Origin: Octopus vulgaris
Lineage: Eukaryota
Length of the DNA stretch: 64,000 nucleotides
Direction of reading: 5' to 3'
Assembly (NCBI GenBank): GCA_951406725.2
Contig: OX597819.1
Location: 95,976,001 to 96,040,000 of the forward strand
Shown here: positions 1-12,607 of the stretch, in pieces
How positions within the stretch are numbered: position 1 is the first letter of the stretch
How the letters are laid out: each line of letters begins with the position of its first letter
Position numbers and translations under genes: made by a program
Notes under the pieces: generated by a model
Databases searched by the model: none
Seen by the model: the letters and a program-made list of their open reading frames with translations, nothing else
What the model was told of the DNA's origin: nothing

Positions 1-404
1 AAAGATATTACAGCAGGGAAAATAAACAAGTATTGCAGTAAAGATGCAGACAAAGTTGCTGCACAGGTGTGTGTATAAAGTATATATTACTATTGAAAGA
101 GATGCAATAATACCAAGAAGACATGTATGTCTTCAATGTATACAATGCTGTCCAGGAGACACAGGTTACAATATATTCTTCAGAAACAATGATATAATGT
201 CAAACTGTTGACAGTTACAACAATACCATATAATGGAAAACTTAAGCCTCAGAGAATTGCCTTTCTCTTGACAGTTGTTTTGCAGTAATTTCTCAATCGA
301 TAATACCATTCCAGCACTGGTCACCATGGCGACATTTACAGTTCCTATCTGGGGAGATTCTCGTTGCAAAGAATCATTATTGAAAAGAAATGGTTGGGAA
401 GGAA

Positions 405-920
405 GGTTTAATGAAGCATCAACAAAACTGCCTTTCCATCCTGGTCCATCTCCTCATTCCAGAACTTGACTCCTGTGTCCAGTACCTCCATGCAGGCAAT
501 GGTAATGATCCTGAGGCTGTGTGTGAAGAAATGAGGTGCATGATACAACCCCCATTGCTCATAGCCCAAGATCATCAGCATGGTAGGAAATTGGTGTGCA
601 TTGTCATGGGCATTGCAGAACCACTTGTCATACATTCTGTTTACCTTCTGGCCTTGGTTGAAATTGTCATAAAAAAAAGAATCAGAGTAAAGTGGATTTC
701 TTGAGGTGCTTGAGCTTGTTCAGCAAGAGTTTCAACAAAATCATATGGTACTCTTTGGTTTTCACCCTCATCACATTGCACTTGGACCTGATGATGATGA
801 CCTTCTGCACCACATACCTGATAGTGGATTCCACCACTCCACTCCAGCAATGCTTGGCAATGGGTCTCAATGGCTTTCATGACCTGCTGGATAAACTTAG
901 CCATCATGATAATGTCTAAC
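405..920 (-). pseudogene. Decayed Tc1/mariner-superfamily (maT/DD37D-like) transposase fragment
   Basis: Frameshifted minus-strand pieces read ...STIRYVV..., LLNKLKH, NFNQGQKVNRMYDKWFC...HQFPTMLMILG, PHFFTHSLRI...MEVLDTGVKFW. These resemble the FFSDEKNF..QKVN..NDRW / KFPA.VMVLG / PPHFF..GLR / Y.EVL..VVKPW blocks of this family, recalled from memory. Confidence 0.75.
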
Positions 921-1764
921 CACTAAAAATATTTCTTTCTCTTCGCCAGAAATGACACCTCTTTTCCAGGTCTCTCACTCTTTCTCAAACCTAAACACAA
1001 AAGATCTATCTTTGTTCAAGAAACTGATGATCTCTAAATCATTGTGATTGACAGCTAGAGCCATGACCTTTATATTTCCTGGTCCAGACTTATCTGCTTT
1101 GTAAGTGCTGTCAATACTGTTACAGAGAAATGAAAAAGAATTTGGAACATGTCATGTAACATTACATTAGGTCATCTTTCATCTCTGTCCCTATAAATTT
1201 ATGTTCATAAATACTCTGATTTCTCAGTATAGAAGTTAATAGCTAATGAATGAAAAGAGAGGTTTAATTTCACCATTGTTAATAGTATTTCAAACTGATC
1301 AGTTCCGCTAAATATTAGCTGGCCTATTTTTTCACAGTACTGGCTTATTAAAGCAATATAGGAAGTCTGTAACTACACCGGGACATTTTAAACTGTATGT
1401 TTATACTTCAATGAAATTTCTTAGTTTTGGTGAGGAATATATCTTTTTAGATTCAATTCTTATTTGTGATAAAAGCTTGCTAAAGGAATATATGGAAGGT
1501 GTGCAGCAATTGTTGATATAACTGATTGGCAATTTATCAAGGACAGAGAGGTAGATAGGGAGGATGATACAGCAGGGGAGAGAAAGTGAAAGAGAAAAGG
1601 GACCAGAGAGATCAAATAGGCAGAGACAGAAAATGTGTGTGAAGTAACAAATAAGTCATACAAGGTGTTAATAAAAATTACAAATATTTTTTTTAGTTTT
1701 ATTATCAATTATGAATATTAATGCCAAATAAATGATTTCATTGGAAAGAGTTAAACAAACCCAC

Positions 1765-1862
1765 CTGCTGTTGTGTGCTGTTTCTTAGGTTCGGTGATGT
1801 CTATGGCCTAAACACTTGCCCTTTTGGCCTTCTTAGCTCTATTTTGAAATGTTCTTTAGAGC
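1765..1862 (-). other. Candidate spliced exon (98 nt) of a minus-strand transcript
   Basis: Acceptor cattcattctttctttgtctttcag|G and donor CAG|GTGGGT in non-repeat DNA. Stops occur in all three frames; the longest frame reads (G)SKEHFKIELRRPKGQVFRP*. Confidence 0.45.
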
Positions 1863-1929
1863 CTGAAAGACAAAGAAAGAATGAATGAAGGTGTGTGTGC
1901 AAGCATGCATGAGTGTGTGTGTGTGAGAG

Positions 1930-2225
1930 TGTGGGAATACATGTATGACCATTCACTTTTTCTGAGCTGTGTACACATGTGAGCATATGCATATGTATTG
2001 CTCAGAAAAGAAGAATGATCAAAGATCATATAGTCAAGATTAGTATTTACAATGAACAATACACTCACCAAGGGTATGTGTGTGAGAATATATGTATGAT
2101 CATTCATTTTTGCTGAGCTATATACATGTGTGAGTTATGCATTGCTCAGAAAAGAGGAGTGGTCAAAAAATCATATAGTCAAAATTAATATTTACAATGA
2201 ACAATACACTCACCAAAGGTGTGTG
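1930..2225. repeat. Two-copy ~150-bp tandem duplication, each unit containing a hairpin
   Basis: The unit tgtatga(c/t)cattca..ctgagc...gctcagaaaag...tcatatagtcaa..tatttacaatgaacaatacactcacca occurs twice with a ~151-nt offset. Confidence 0.9.
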
Positions 2226-2713
2226 TGTGTGTTTTAAATTTAAACCCAGCTTCTGTATATTTCATTCAAAGTTTAAATTTTACAACATTATTTGGCACAA
2301 AGGTAACTTTGTTCTGGTTGCAGAACGAACGAGAAAGTATTTGTAATGCGGGTGAAAAATATGGAACTGCAGGAGCATCAATTGAAGCGAATGATAACTT
2401 GACAGCAAGTGTAAACCTTTCAAGGTATCGGACAGATTGACAATGTGATATGTATTGAGCAGGAGTATGGGAGAGCAATGTAACAGTGAAAATCACACTA
2501 AAACAACCAATATTACAGATGTACTTAATACACCACTCAGAGTTTGAGTCTCCAATTAGGGATCATGGGGAGAGAGAGAGAGAGAGAGGGAAGAGAGAAA
2601 GAGAGAATGTACCTGTGTCTGTATGTATATCTTAGTGTAAATATACATGTACCTATAGAGTGTGTATGTACCAAATTAGTAGAAGGAAACAGCACAGAAG
2701 CCTATTGTATACG

Positions 2714-2932
2714 CTTTTACTTGTTTCAGTCATTTGACTGCGGCCATGCTGGAGCACTGCCTTTAGTCGAGCAAATCGACCCCAGGACTTATTCTTTGTA
2801 AGCCTTGTACTTGTTCTATCGGTCTCTTTTGCTGAATTGTTAAGTTACGGGGACGTAAACACACCGGCATTGGGTGTCAAGCGATGTTGGGGGGACAAAC
2901 ACACAAACATATACACACACATGCATACATAC

Positions 2933-2983
<51 letters not shown>

Positions 2984-3149
2984 TATACGATGGGCTTCTT
3001 TCAGCTTCCGTCTACCAAACCCACTCACAAGGCTTTGGTCGGCCCGAGGCTATAGTAGAAGACACTTGCCCAAGGTGCCACGCAGTGGGACTGAACCCAG
3101 AACCATGTGGCTGGTAAGCAAGCTACTTACCACACAGCCACTCCTGCAC
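2714..3149 (-). mobile_element. Near full-length octopus tRNA-derived SINE with internal (TA)n
   Basis: On the minus strand: tRNA-like head GGTGCAGGAGTGGCTGTGTGGTAAG...GGGTTCAGTCCC, then TTGGGCAAGTGTCTTCTACTATAGCC, (TA)n, and a tail ending CAGCATGGCCGCAGTCAAATGACTGAAACAAGTAAAAG. Several other copies occur in the window. Confidence 0.9.
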
Positions 3150-3459
3150 CTATGCATATGTTTACACACACATGTATGTGGGTGTGAGTGAGTGAGTTTG
3201 TGTATGTGTATGTTTGTTTTCCATGTGTTTCCTCACTGACACTGAGTCAACATTGCAGTTGTTTATGTCACCTGTAAACACTAGACCCTGTGACTTGTCG
3301 GTTTCTTGTGAAGAAAGGAATAAAAATATATGACCTCAAACATAACTCAGTGTTGAAACAGGAAGGGTATCCAACCATAAAATACTACTAAGGTTCATTA
3401 AACACTTGCCTGAATAGGCAAAAAAAATTGGACATAAAAGACAGTAAACTGTGTGAATG

Positions 3460-3462
<3 letters not shown>

Positions 3463-3530
<68 letters not shown>
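3463..3530. repeat. Compound (CT)n(AT)n microsatellite
   Basis: Directly visible. Confidence 0.97.
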
Positions 3531-3534
<4 letters not shown>

Positions 3535-4100
3535 CTAGGTGAACAAATTAGCACTATGAGTGGGTGTTATGAGATTATAGTACCCAAAGTAAGAAGAGTG
3601 TCAAAAAAGCTCTGGGAGTTATTAGCTCTAATTGGCAACAAAAAGTATCTCCCTCATAGAAAAGGGCAGATTGTACAATGCTTATACACAAAGTGCATTG
3701 CTGCATGGCAGTGCAAGATAGGTTTTGAATGCAGAAGAGTTGTGGAGACTAGAAAGAAATGAAACAAGCATACAAGCATGCTGCACTGGATGTGTAATGT
3801 TAGTGTGCATGCGTGATGGAGTAACTGAATAAGTTGAGAAAAAAACATGGATATAAGAAAAATCAGATGCAATGTGTAAGAAAGACAGCTGTGCTGGTAT
3901 AGGAATGTGATATTTATAGATGAAGACAACTGTATAAAGAAGTGTTATGTGCTCAAATTAAATATAATCTGTAGTGGAGGGAAATGAAGAAAGACTTTTG
4001 ATGAAGTGGTGAGGACTGATCTCAAGAGGTTGTATTACATGCAGGAAAAGATAAAAGACTATATTGATTGGCAATTCACACTATTGAAGATGATCTGGCC
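3535..4100 (+). mobile_element. Decayed RTE-type LINE 3' region
   Basis: YLGEQIS...RV..LWELLAL...KGQ.. and MLHWMCNVSV motifs, broken by stops. Homologous to 49540-50050. Confidence 0.7.
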
Positions 4101-4189
4101 AGAAAAGACTGCTCCAGTATTGGAAGCATGGTGAATTGAAAATTGCAAAGTGGTGGGAGTGACGTAGACTGAGAGATCATCATCATCAT

Positions 4190-4570
4190 CATCATCATTT
4201 TTTATGTTCATTTTCCATGCTTGTATTGGTCAGGCAGATTTCCTATGATCAACTACCTGAATCTTTACACATTTTAAAGCAAGGTAATATATTTTCATGA
4301 AAGATTGTAAAAGAAATACACTACTTGCATGATAGCAGTGCTTACTAACAACTATGACATCATGTCAAGACAAAGACACAAGCAGATACACACACACACA
4401 TACACACACACACACACACAGGTACACAAAAGAAGCTTCTTTCAGTTTCTGCTGACTGGATCCACTCACAAAGATTTGACTGGCTTAGAGCTACAGTAGA
4501 AGAGACTTGCCCAAGGTACCATGGAAGGGGACTGAACCCCAAAAACATGCAGCTGGGAAGCAAACTACAC
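4190..4570 (-). mobile_element. Decayed composite SINE
   Basis: Shares acttgcccaaggt..gggactgaacc and cttctttcagtttc with the 2714-3149 SINE. Has a (CAT)n-flanked tail. Confidence 0.7.
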
Positions 4571-5281
4571 AGCAAAGAGTCTAGTCTAAATAGCAAAGGG
4601 TCTACATTGAGTACTCCTGAGTAGAAGTCACCACATGAATATTTGTGTGAGATAGAGAGAATAAGCAAAGTGTTAGCAACTGAGAAGAGAAAGAAATGTG
4701 ACACATACAAGATGATGGATTTTAACATTGTACTATATGGTGTCACCATACTGACAGCACAGTGTAACCATACAGATTACAGTGTCACCAAACAGGCTGT
4801 ACACTCTCACTAGATTCTAATTATCAAATTAATCACTTATGAAACGTTTTACACTGAAATTCAAATGAAATGATTTGATTGCTGAAATGACACACACACC
4901 ATCTACAGAATCATTTCTTGCTTGTCAGACAAAAATTAGCTCCAAGTAAGAAAGGAATCAGTATCTGAGAATACTTCACTTAGATCATCTACAGGAATAC
5001 CATTATTGATAAATGTTGTTGGTGTGTCGTTTGAGTAGCTAGTCATGGAACAATGCCAGCCAATACTGCATTGGATCATATCATATCCAAATCCCCCTCA
5101 CACACACATGCAGAGAGTTAAATCAAAGAAAATGAAAAATGAGGAAAATATAGATTCTGTATGAAGATAAGTCTAAAAATAGTAAAAGTTTATAGAATAT
5201 GATGGGGACAAATGGAAGAAAACTGACCAACTGTTAAGAATGGATAGAGGATGGGAAAGACAAAGAGAAAGTAAGATAAAG

Positions 5282-5326
<45 letters not shown>

Positions 5327-6499
5327 TGTGTGTGTGTATTTGAGAGAGAGAGAGGGGAGAAGACTATTCTTTAGACAATGGAAGGACAGAGAAGAACTAA
5401 ACATAAAATACAATTGCTGGCAGCCAAAGTAGCCTCTATCAGGCTGGCATTCCATGTCAATATATAATGGTAAGGCTGTCATCAATGCTCATTGATTGAT
5501 TAATGATAGAGATTGCTCCAAGCAGTCTAACAACTGGCTTATTGCCTGAAATTCTTTGGAAACCAGCTTGAAAACAGGATTGCATATTTTAACTCAGTTC
5601 CTATTTATAATTTCCCTGTTGCTATAAGCATATTATATTATGTCTCTGAATGTGCATGATAATATATATATATATATGTGTGTGTGTGTGTCTTTGCTTT
5701 TAGAATAGGCAAACCATATCCCTGTGTGTTGTAAAAGATGACAAAAAGGATTAGCATCAAGAAGAGCATCTGGCCATAAACCACTACCTCAAAGAGTTCT
5801 GTTCTATATATGTCAGCATGGAAAGGCAATCACCATACATCACTCACTCTCACTATGCATTAGGTTTCTCTCTACTTAAGCTTTTGCAACCTACCCAGCC
5901 ACACACCATCTCTCTGTCTCTCATAACTCTCCTGTCTACTGTATTGTCATTCTTCTGTTGCTCTTCACCCACCTGTACTGCCAATCAGCACCTACAACAC
6001 CTCCACAACTCATATGTAACACTGATAACCTCTTGACCTAATACTATATTTACCTCTATACTCTTCCCAATTTCTCAACATCATCTACTCTTCTTTACTT
6101 TCCATCCAACTCATATTTATCCTCCTGATGCTTCAACCCTTGTTTATCATTTAGTATATTCGCACTTTGACTCCGTTTCTAATCATTCTTCTCTCCCCAG
6201 CCTCTTGCAACCTCTACTCAGTCATCCTTTCAGTTTTGCTGCTGCCAGAGTTCACCCCGACACTTTTGACAGCACCATCCTTATCTCACTTTCCAGCTTC
6301 AACCCAATTACTCCTACCCACTCTTGAATAATGCGAGAAGCCATGTATTTCTTCTACAGCAAGAAACCTGTTCTGGAAGAGTGAAGGGTGGGGTGGGGTG
6401 GGTGATTGGAGTTCTTTCATACTCTAACCGTTCATCTCCTAGCATAAAGCTTAATACCTGTCTCCCTACTGCAGCCCCATTCAGTCAAAAGGAATCACA

Positions 6500-6710
6500 G
6501 CCTTGTGAGCTACATTGCGACTTCACTAGTGTTGGTGCTATGAGAAAAGCACCCAATATACTCTGTAAAGTGGTTGGAGTAAGAAAGGACACCCAACCAT
6601 AGTAACCACTCCAAAGCAAATACTGGAGCATGGCACAGTGCTTTGACCTGTTGGATCCTGTCAAACTGTTCAATCCAAGTCAGCATGGAAGATGGACTTA
6701 AAAGATGATA
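6500..6710 (+). mobile_element. SINE/RTE-related 3' tail fragment
   Basis: aaaagcaccc..actctgtaaagtggttgg...cagcatggaa...gatgat motif, shared with 18660, 40110 and 44200. Confidence 0.75.
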
Positions 6711-8199
6711 ACAAATGGTAATTTATCATCATTACAGTTTATTTCTATAGCCATATGTAAATATTAGTGACACCTGCAAATAATGAGGTATAGTGCTAGA
6801 ATAGTGTCTATATCTTCCTAAATTGGGGTGAAGGTAGAAGCCATATCTGCAGACATCTGGAATTACATGTATCAAATAGCATGACTGTGTGGTTAAGGAA
6901 TTTGCTTTGTAACTATGTGGTTCTGGGTTCAGTCCCATTGTATGGAATTTTGGGCATGTGTCTTATATAATAGCCAACGCACACATATAAGATATTAATA
7001 ATTTATGAGAAGTGCATAAAGCTGATGCTTAATGAATGATGTTTCTTGAGGTATTTGTTCTACCTCTAAGATACATTCCTAAGTAATTCTGACTGTCAAA
7101 AGTTACCATGAGCCACAGTGGCTGGATCATTGCACACCTGTAAACAGTGATGCTAGTATTCACAAATTCTGATAGAAAATCCAGAGTAGAGTACTTCCCA
7201 TAGGTTACAGTATTTCTACATGCTGTGGAGTGGCTTATGTTGGGCCAATTGATTCTTTTGTTGGCTGTCTTCTAATGCTGCTGACCACTCAAGGAACCCT
7301 TGCAGTCAGTCAACCTAAAAGAAAATGTAGCCAAATGACTCTAATATAACACCCTACTGTTTTAAAAAAAAGTGAAAGGACAGTGAATAACTGAGTCTGA
7401 GTAGACAATACTTAGGAAAAATATAGAGAAGATGGTCATGGTTGGAATAACTTCAATGATAATGTCTGCTGAACTAGGAACAATTTAAGCAAAAAACAAG
7501 TACTGCTGGCTAATGAGTGTGAACAAAATATAGTGTCCATAGATCCATGACTGTGGTCAGTGAAACAGTTGTATAACATAGTCAAAATACACAATGATGA
7601 AGATGACGATAGTGGGTCCTCTGTCAGTTTTAAAAATGGATAGTTAGTTGTTTGATCAACTGAAATACCTACTTGATAAATGAATGTTTAAGTGGTTGAG
7701 TATTCTACAGACACACACCCTTCATGTCCTCACAGTTAGAATTAGCATGATACAATGTGTGATAAAGTTAGTCCATTCAATTACAGGTACAATCCATCTA
7801 ATGGGCTTCTCACAGTTTTTGTCCACCAAATTTCATTCGCAAAGTATGGGTCAACCTCTTCAGAATTCTAGAATTTAGTGTATCAAAGACAATTTTACCC
7901 ATTGTACACTTCTTTTGTCTGCATTAGTAGATTCTATTTTTACCAACTCAATATTTTAATGTTTGGTAGCTGAGTTGAACTGACATATACACATCAGGCA
8001 AAGCAATTTTTAGACCATTAAGTAAGCAATAAATACTTGGGAAAAGATATGTAGGACAGGGTGATGTGTAATGACACAGATATAAGGATAGTGTGGTGTG
8101 TAAGGACACAGAATATGATGTTGCCTGTATTCAGGGTTCACATTTCACTACCAGGTAGCATTGCAGTTCACACACAAACATCATACAGTCTGCATTCAT

Positions 8200-8900
8200 T
8201 CTGAGAGAGAAACCTCTTGTTATCAACAGAAACTTATTCTTAGTCTGGCTGCTGTATTTTCAGAATGTCATCTGCCATTGCTAATTAGGTCACCAAGGTA
8301 ACAGAAACACTACAACCTCTAGGGATCCTCCTGGGGCACCTGAGAGAATATATTTCTTGTGTTCTTAGTATTTATTGTGCTTTTGCATCTGCCCATAATT
8401 CCACTATACCATTTATGTATCCATAGTTTGCATTGGGCACACTGCTTTGAATTTCTACTTAATTCTTTTCTACATACTGAGCAAGGCCATTTCCCTAATG
8501 GCAGCAGGCCCCTATCTAATTTCTTGCTTATTAATACGTTGTTCAGTTAACTTTGAGCCTCTTTGATTCCAAGTTTTCCTTTTATGCCTGAAATTTCTTC
8601 TCTCATCTTATTACAGATTTAGCTATAAGGACAAAATCATCAGTATATGCTTAATTCCTAAGGGTTTCTCATTGTGGTTGCTCCAAAGTTGTGGACTTGA
8701 TAGGAAGAATAATTGGATAGTTAGGTGACAGTTTTCAGCACTCAAAAGAAAGTTTGTGCAAATGTTTGCTAACTGGCAATGGGCTCTTGCTTATGTCCAA
8801 ATATTTCCACTCAATGATTTACTATTATCTTTGATCACTAAACAATCAGGGCCAGGTATTTGTGAGAAGAGAAGAGGGGTCCATCTAGACACCAAAACGT
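8200..8900 (-). mobile_element. Highly decayed non-LTR retrotransposon RT remnant
   Basis: The minus strand gives GAPQEDPL (cf. GxPQGDPL) and, ~60 nt later, MADDIL (cf. YADD). Confidence 0.45.
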
Positions 8901-9475
8901 TCTTAAGAGTCTTTGTTTGGGAGGCTTGGGGGGAGAGAGAAGAGAGGGGAAAAAGTCACATATATGAGTGTGTGCTCTTGTGTGTGTGCACATGTCACAT
9001 CCTTACATACATGATGGTTTGTCAAGGGAACAAATCATGTATGGCACGTTAAGAAGTAGTGGCTGGGGTGGGTAGGAGCAATGAGATCAGAAAGACACAT
9101 TTGCATATAAGCATTAAGCTAGCTCTTTTTTTCAATTGCTCCATAAACCAAATAAATTACATATTGCAGTCCATTTGTTAAATTATTACTAAAAGTATTT
9201 TGTAATTGATATTAAAACCACAGAATCTGTTGAATGTATGAAAAACATTTATGCACAGGCACAGTACTTGTGTTAGATGGAAAGAGATTTTATGGGAAAA
9301 TAAACATTTCAGATAAAATTTTAAAAATAATATATTCCCAAAGAAATTCAAAATTCAAGTGAATTGCATTTGCTTCTTGATGTATTTACTGGCAAAAATC
9401 TATGCACATGTGCTAATGTGTATCTCCCTAAAGATGGCTGCTACAGGTAAACAACTACTGCTTGTAAAAATGGAT

Positions 9476-9534
9476 ATAATAATAATAATAATAATAATGA
9501 TGATGATGATGATGATGATAATAATAATAATAAT
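9476..9534. repeat. (AAT)n/(GAT)n trinucleotide microsatellite
   Basis: Directly visible; explains the poly-I/M ORFs. Confidence 0.95.
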
Positions 9535-9535
9535 G

Positions 9536-9738
9536 GTTCCAAACTTTGGCACAAAGCCAGTAATTTTGGGAGTGGGGGGCAAGTCGATTACATTGCCCCT
9601 CCCCCTTGTGTTCAACTGGAATTTTATCAAGCCTAAATGGATGAAAGGCAAAGTTGACCTTGGCAGAGTTTGAACTCAGAGCATTAAGTTGGACAAAATG
9701 CCGCTAAGCATTTTGGCCCATGTGCCAATGACTCTGAT
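9536..9738 (-). mobile_element. tRNA-derived SINE (second family)
   Basis: ggatgaaaggcaaagttgacct...tttgaactcag and ggcaca(a)agccag.aatttt. A second copy lies at 41855-41998. Confidence 0.8.
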
Positions 9739-9949
9739 ACTAATAATGTTGTCTGACATGTACAAGTTTAACTTTTTTTTAGTAAGGTGCTTATTACCAT
9801 CACAAACAGAATGTCTTCCATTGATATTAAATCAAAACTGCAATGTTATCACATAATACAATTATCGATAATAAGGATATCACTTAAATAAGTTAATGGT
9901 TAACGATGTTAGTCTAGTTTTAATTTAGTATCAATCCATCAGAGTTCAC

Positions 9950-10111
9950 CTTGCCCTTCTTTCTTGTACTGATTACATGATACAGAATTCGTGCCTGATC
10001 CTGTTTTCTGATCATCTAGAGTTTGAGATGTTTCTATTAGCATGGCTTCAAGTTAGCATGGCTTCATGTTGATTGTAACTACATGCATATATCAGGTTTG
10101 GGGGCCTGTAA
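9950..10111 (-). other. Candidate minus-strand exon with a possible short-ORF start
   Basis: Acceptor ttctaatatttactgcag| and donor AAG|GTGAAC. gccATG at 10043 opens MLIETSQTLDDQKTGSGTNSVSCNQYKKEGQ+G up to the donor. Confidence 0.3.
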
Positions 10112-10290
10112 CTGCAGTAAATATTAGAATGAAGTTTCTAACAACCAAACAGCAGAATGGGGTTTGTAAGTCAGGCAAATACCAGAATGAGGCCTATAAC
10201 TACAGCAAATGTCAGAATGGAAATGATGAACCAGGCAAATGTTACCAAGTTATGAGAAATAAAATAGAAATAAAAAAACACACATGCACA

Positions 10291-10322
<32 letters not shown>

Positions 10323-11844
10323 ATAAAGATCAAGAGCTAGGTTAGGCTAGGCTGATAATGTATGTTCGTTCTTTGATGTCATTAGTGTAAACAGAGTCAG
10401 GAAGAGGTGTTACAGACAATACTAGTGGGTGGGGTGGGGATAATGGTCTCTGTAAAGTTGGTCAACATGACCTGTGAAAACCGAGATAGAAACAGTGGAG
10501 GAAGTTACCAACTTTAATTTGTTTGTAAAGAATTTCTAATTAAAGTCAAGTTAAAATGACATTAACCTAGTTCTGTGTGAAACATCACTGAACCTTCTAG
10601 AATAGTGAGATTACTGGAATACAGTAGTCAATGTACAGGACTAGTTGAAAGACTATGAGGGATAGAAAGGACAAACTGCATATATCCCATTAACTTATGT
10701 ATGCAAACTGCCTCAACACACTTGTGCGTGTATGTGTAGATACACTCACAACACATGTACATATAATTTTTATTATAAAACAATTATAGGAGCAGTACAA
10801 AGACAAGATGAAGTTGTTTCTTACATTTGTTGATCTGATAGGGTTCCTTTGTGAAGTACTGACATGAGCATTAAGAGAGATAGGTGTATAGGAATGGTAG
10901 GCTATAATAGTAATGCTGTCGTATGAGAGAGAAGAGTTCTGCAGTAAAAGAATGAGAACAGTGAGGAGTTTGAAGTGAAGGTTGGCGTGCATCAGGGATC
11001 AGAATTAAGCTTACTACTATTTATAGTTGTGATAGCAGTGGGATAATAAAAAATGTTGTGGTGTGAGAGTGTTATTTATAAATGTGGCAGCTACATGTAT
11101 ACATAAGACAGATATGGTGGTAATGTTGAGCAGGATCTTGAAAATGGCATGAAGATAAAAGGTTTGGAAACATTTTGTTATCAAAGTGATATGTTGAATA
11201 GTATTTCAAGTAATTAAACTAAATTTTGATTTTGAATTGTCTCTCTTGCTTGTGTTTGGTTTAGTTAAACACTGTTCACTAATGTTTACCTCAGCTCATT
11301 ATGGGTTTAGTTTTGATTAATCAAAGCTGTTATACTCACCATATAAAATATGATGGCAAAAAAAGAAAGATTGTGATTTAATAGGTTCTATTTTCAGTTG
11401 GCTATCTGAAGTTGTTTGTCACATAATGTCAATGGTAAGTTATAGGTTTATCCTCAAAACAAACAGTAAAAACAACATATATGCAATATAAAAAACAAAA
11501 CAAATAGATTAATAAGTTAGATAGAAACCTAAACTTGCATAAATGTACAGCAGAGAACAAAAGTCTCAATTTGAATTCGGTATATGTCAGCTAGAGTTGA
11601 AAATTTCAAGTTAAAACAACTCTCATTTCCTTGTGAAACGGTAGTTGTCTGATTATATAAAAGCAGATACTAACTGACTGTGAATGAGTTGCTTAACTAC
11701 ATAACAACAGACAGACAAAAACAGATTTTGAACACAGAGTTGCAAATAATTTCACTCATATCTTCACCTCAATGCTGATAGAAAATAATGATAATGTAAA
11801 GTAAATATATTTATAGCAAATCCACTTTCACTGATAATTAGCCA

Positions 11845-12040
11845 AAGAGAGAGCCTCTACGTGGTCGTCAAACCTGTTAGGATTAGAAACCAAAATTGCC
11901 TCAATCACCTTATATATGAGGACACATTAGATAATGAAAACCTGTCTATCCTTAAAAAGATAAGATGGTCACAACCAAGGAATGCTTTTGATCATACATT
12001 CATCCTGGATCAGGGCTGACCTGGGGTTAAACAATAAATA
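11845..12040 (+). mobile_element. Interspersed repeat ending ...gggctgacctgggg(c/t)taaacaac
   Basis: Related copies at ~7290-7500, 14740-14940, 15040-15190, 25430-25720 and 55980-56160. Confidence 0.65.
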
Positions 12041-12210
12041 TTCTGTGACAAACTCTGACATTACAAATGTTGGTGAAAGCCACAATTTTACTGCTACCAT
12101 CTCATTAAAACATTCATTTGTTGTTGTTGTAGTTTGATAAAGTCATCAAAATAAAACAGTGATGTAGGCTTCTTCAGTTTTGGAGACATTCACATTTTGT
12201 ATTGTTAGAC

Positions 12211-12445
12211 CAGTGGTTCCCAAAGTAAGTGTTACTGCCCATCTGGGCATGGTAGAAAGATCCAGCGGGATTGTGTTGAAGAAAAGTGGGGTGATAATGG
12301 GTGGCCAAATGGGGTAGTGGATGTAAAATTAGGTTAAGTTGAAGAAAAGTGGTGTTGTTTGTGGTGATGGTGAGTGGTTGGAGGCACTAGGAATGTGACC
12401 TGGGAGCCAAGGGGGTAGTAGCCCGAAAGAGTTTGGGAACCACTG
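12211..12445. mobile_element. hAT (Charlie-like) MITE
   Basis: TIRs CAGTGGTTCCCAAA / TTTGGGAACCACTG; 8-bp flanks tgttagac / tgttagta. Confidence 0.85.
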
Positions 12446-12477
12446 TGTTAGTACTGAACTATACTTTTTGCATAATA

Positions 12478-12607
12478 CTGTACAGTTGTATAGTGTCATA
12501 CAAACAGTTGTACAGTATCATACACACACTAACATAGTGTGTATAACTGTATGTAACATACAGTGTGTATAACGTTATATAACATACACTGTGTATAACT
12601 GTATAGT
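12478..12607. repeat. Degenerate minisatellite (~26-bp unit taacatacagtgtgtataactgtatg)
   Basis: About 3 copies are visible after two shorter cagttgta..gt.tcatac units. Confidence 0.75.

Noticed and set aside
1-66. Plus-strand frame KDITAGKINKYCSKDADKVAAQ followed by gtgtgt
   Set aside because: Too short, truncated by the window edge, with a weak donor inside a (TG) run.
1998-2008. TTGCTCAGAAA matches the 3' half of miR-315
   Set aside because: The seed (TTTGATT) is absent; an 11-nt match is expected by chance.
10430-11110. Possible further retroelement remnants (also 28340-29030, 54520-55010, 60780-61310)
   Set aside because: Only hints of motifs; too decayed to classify by eye.
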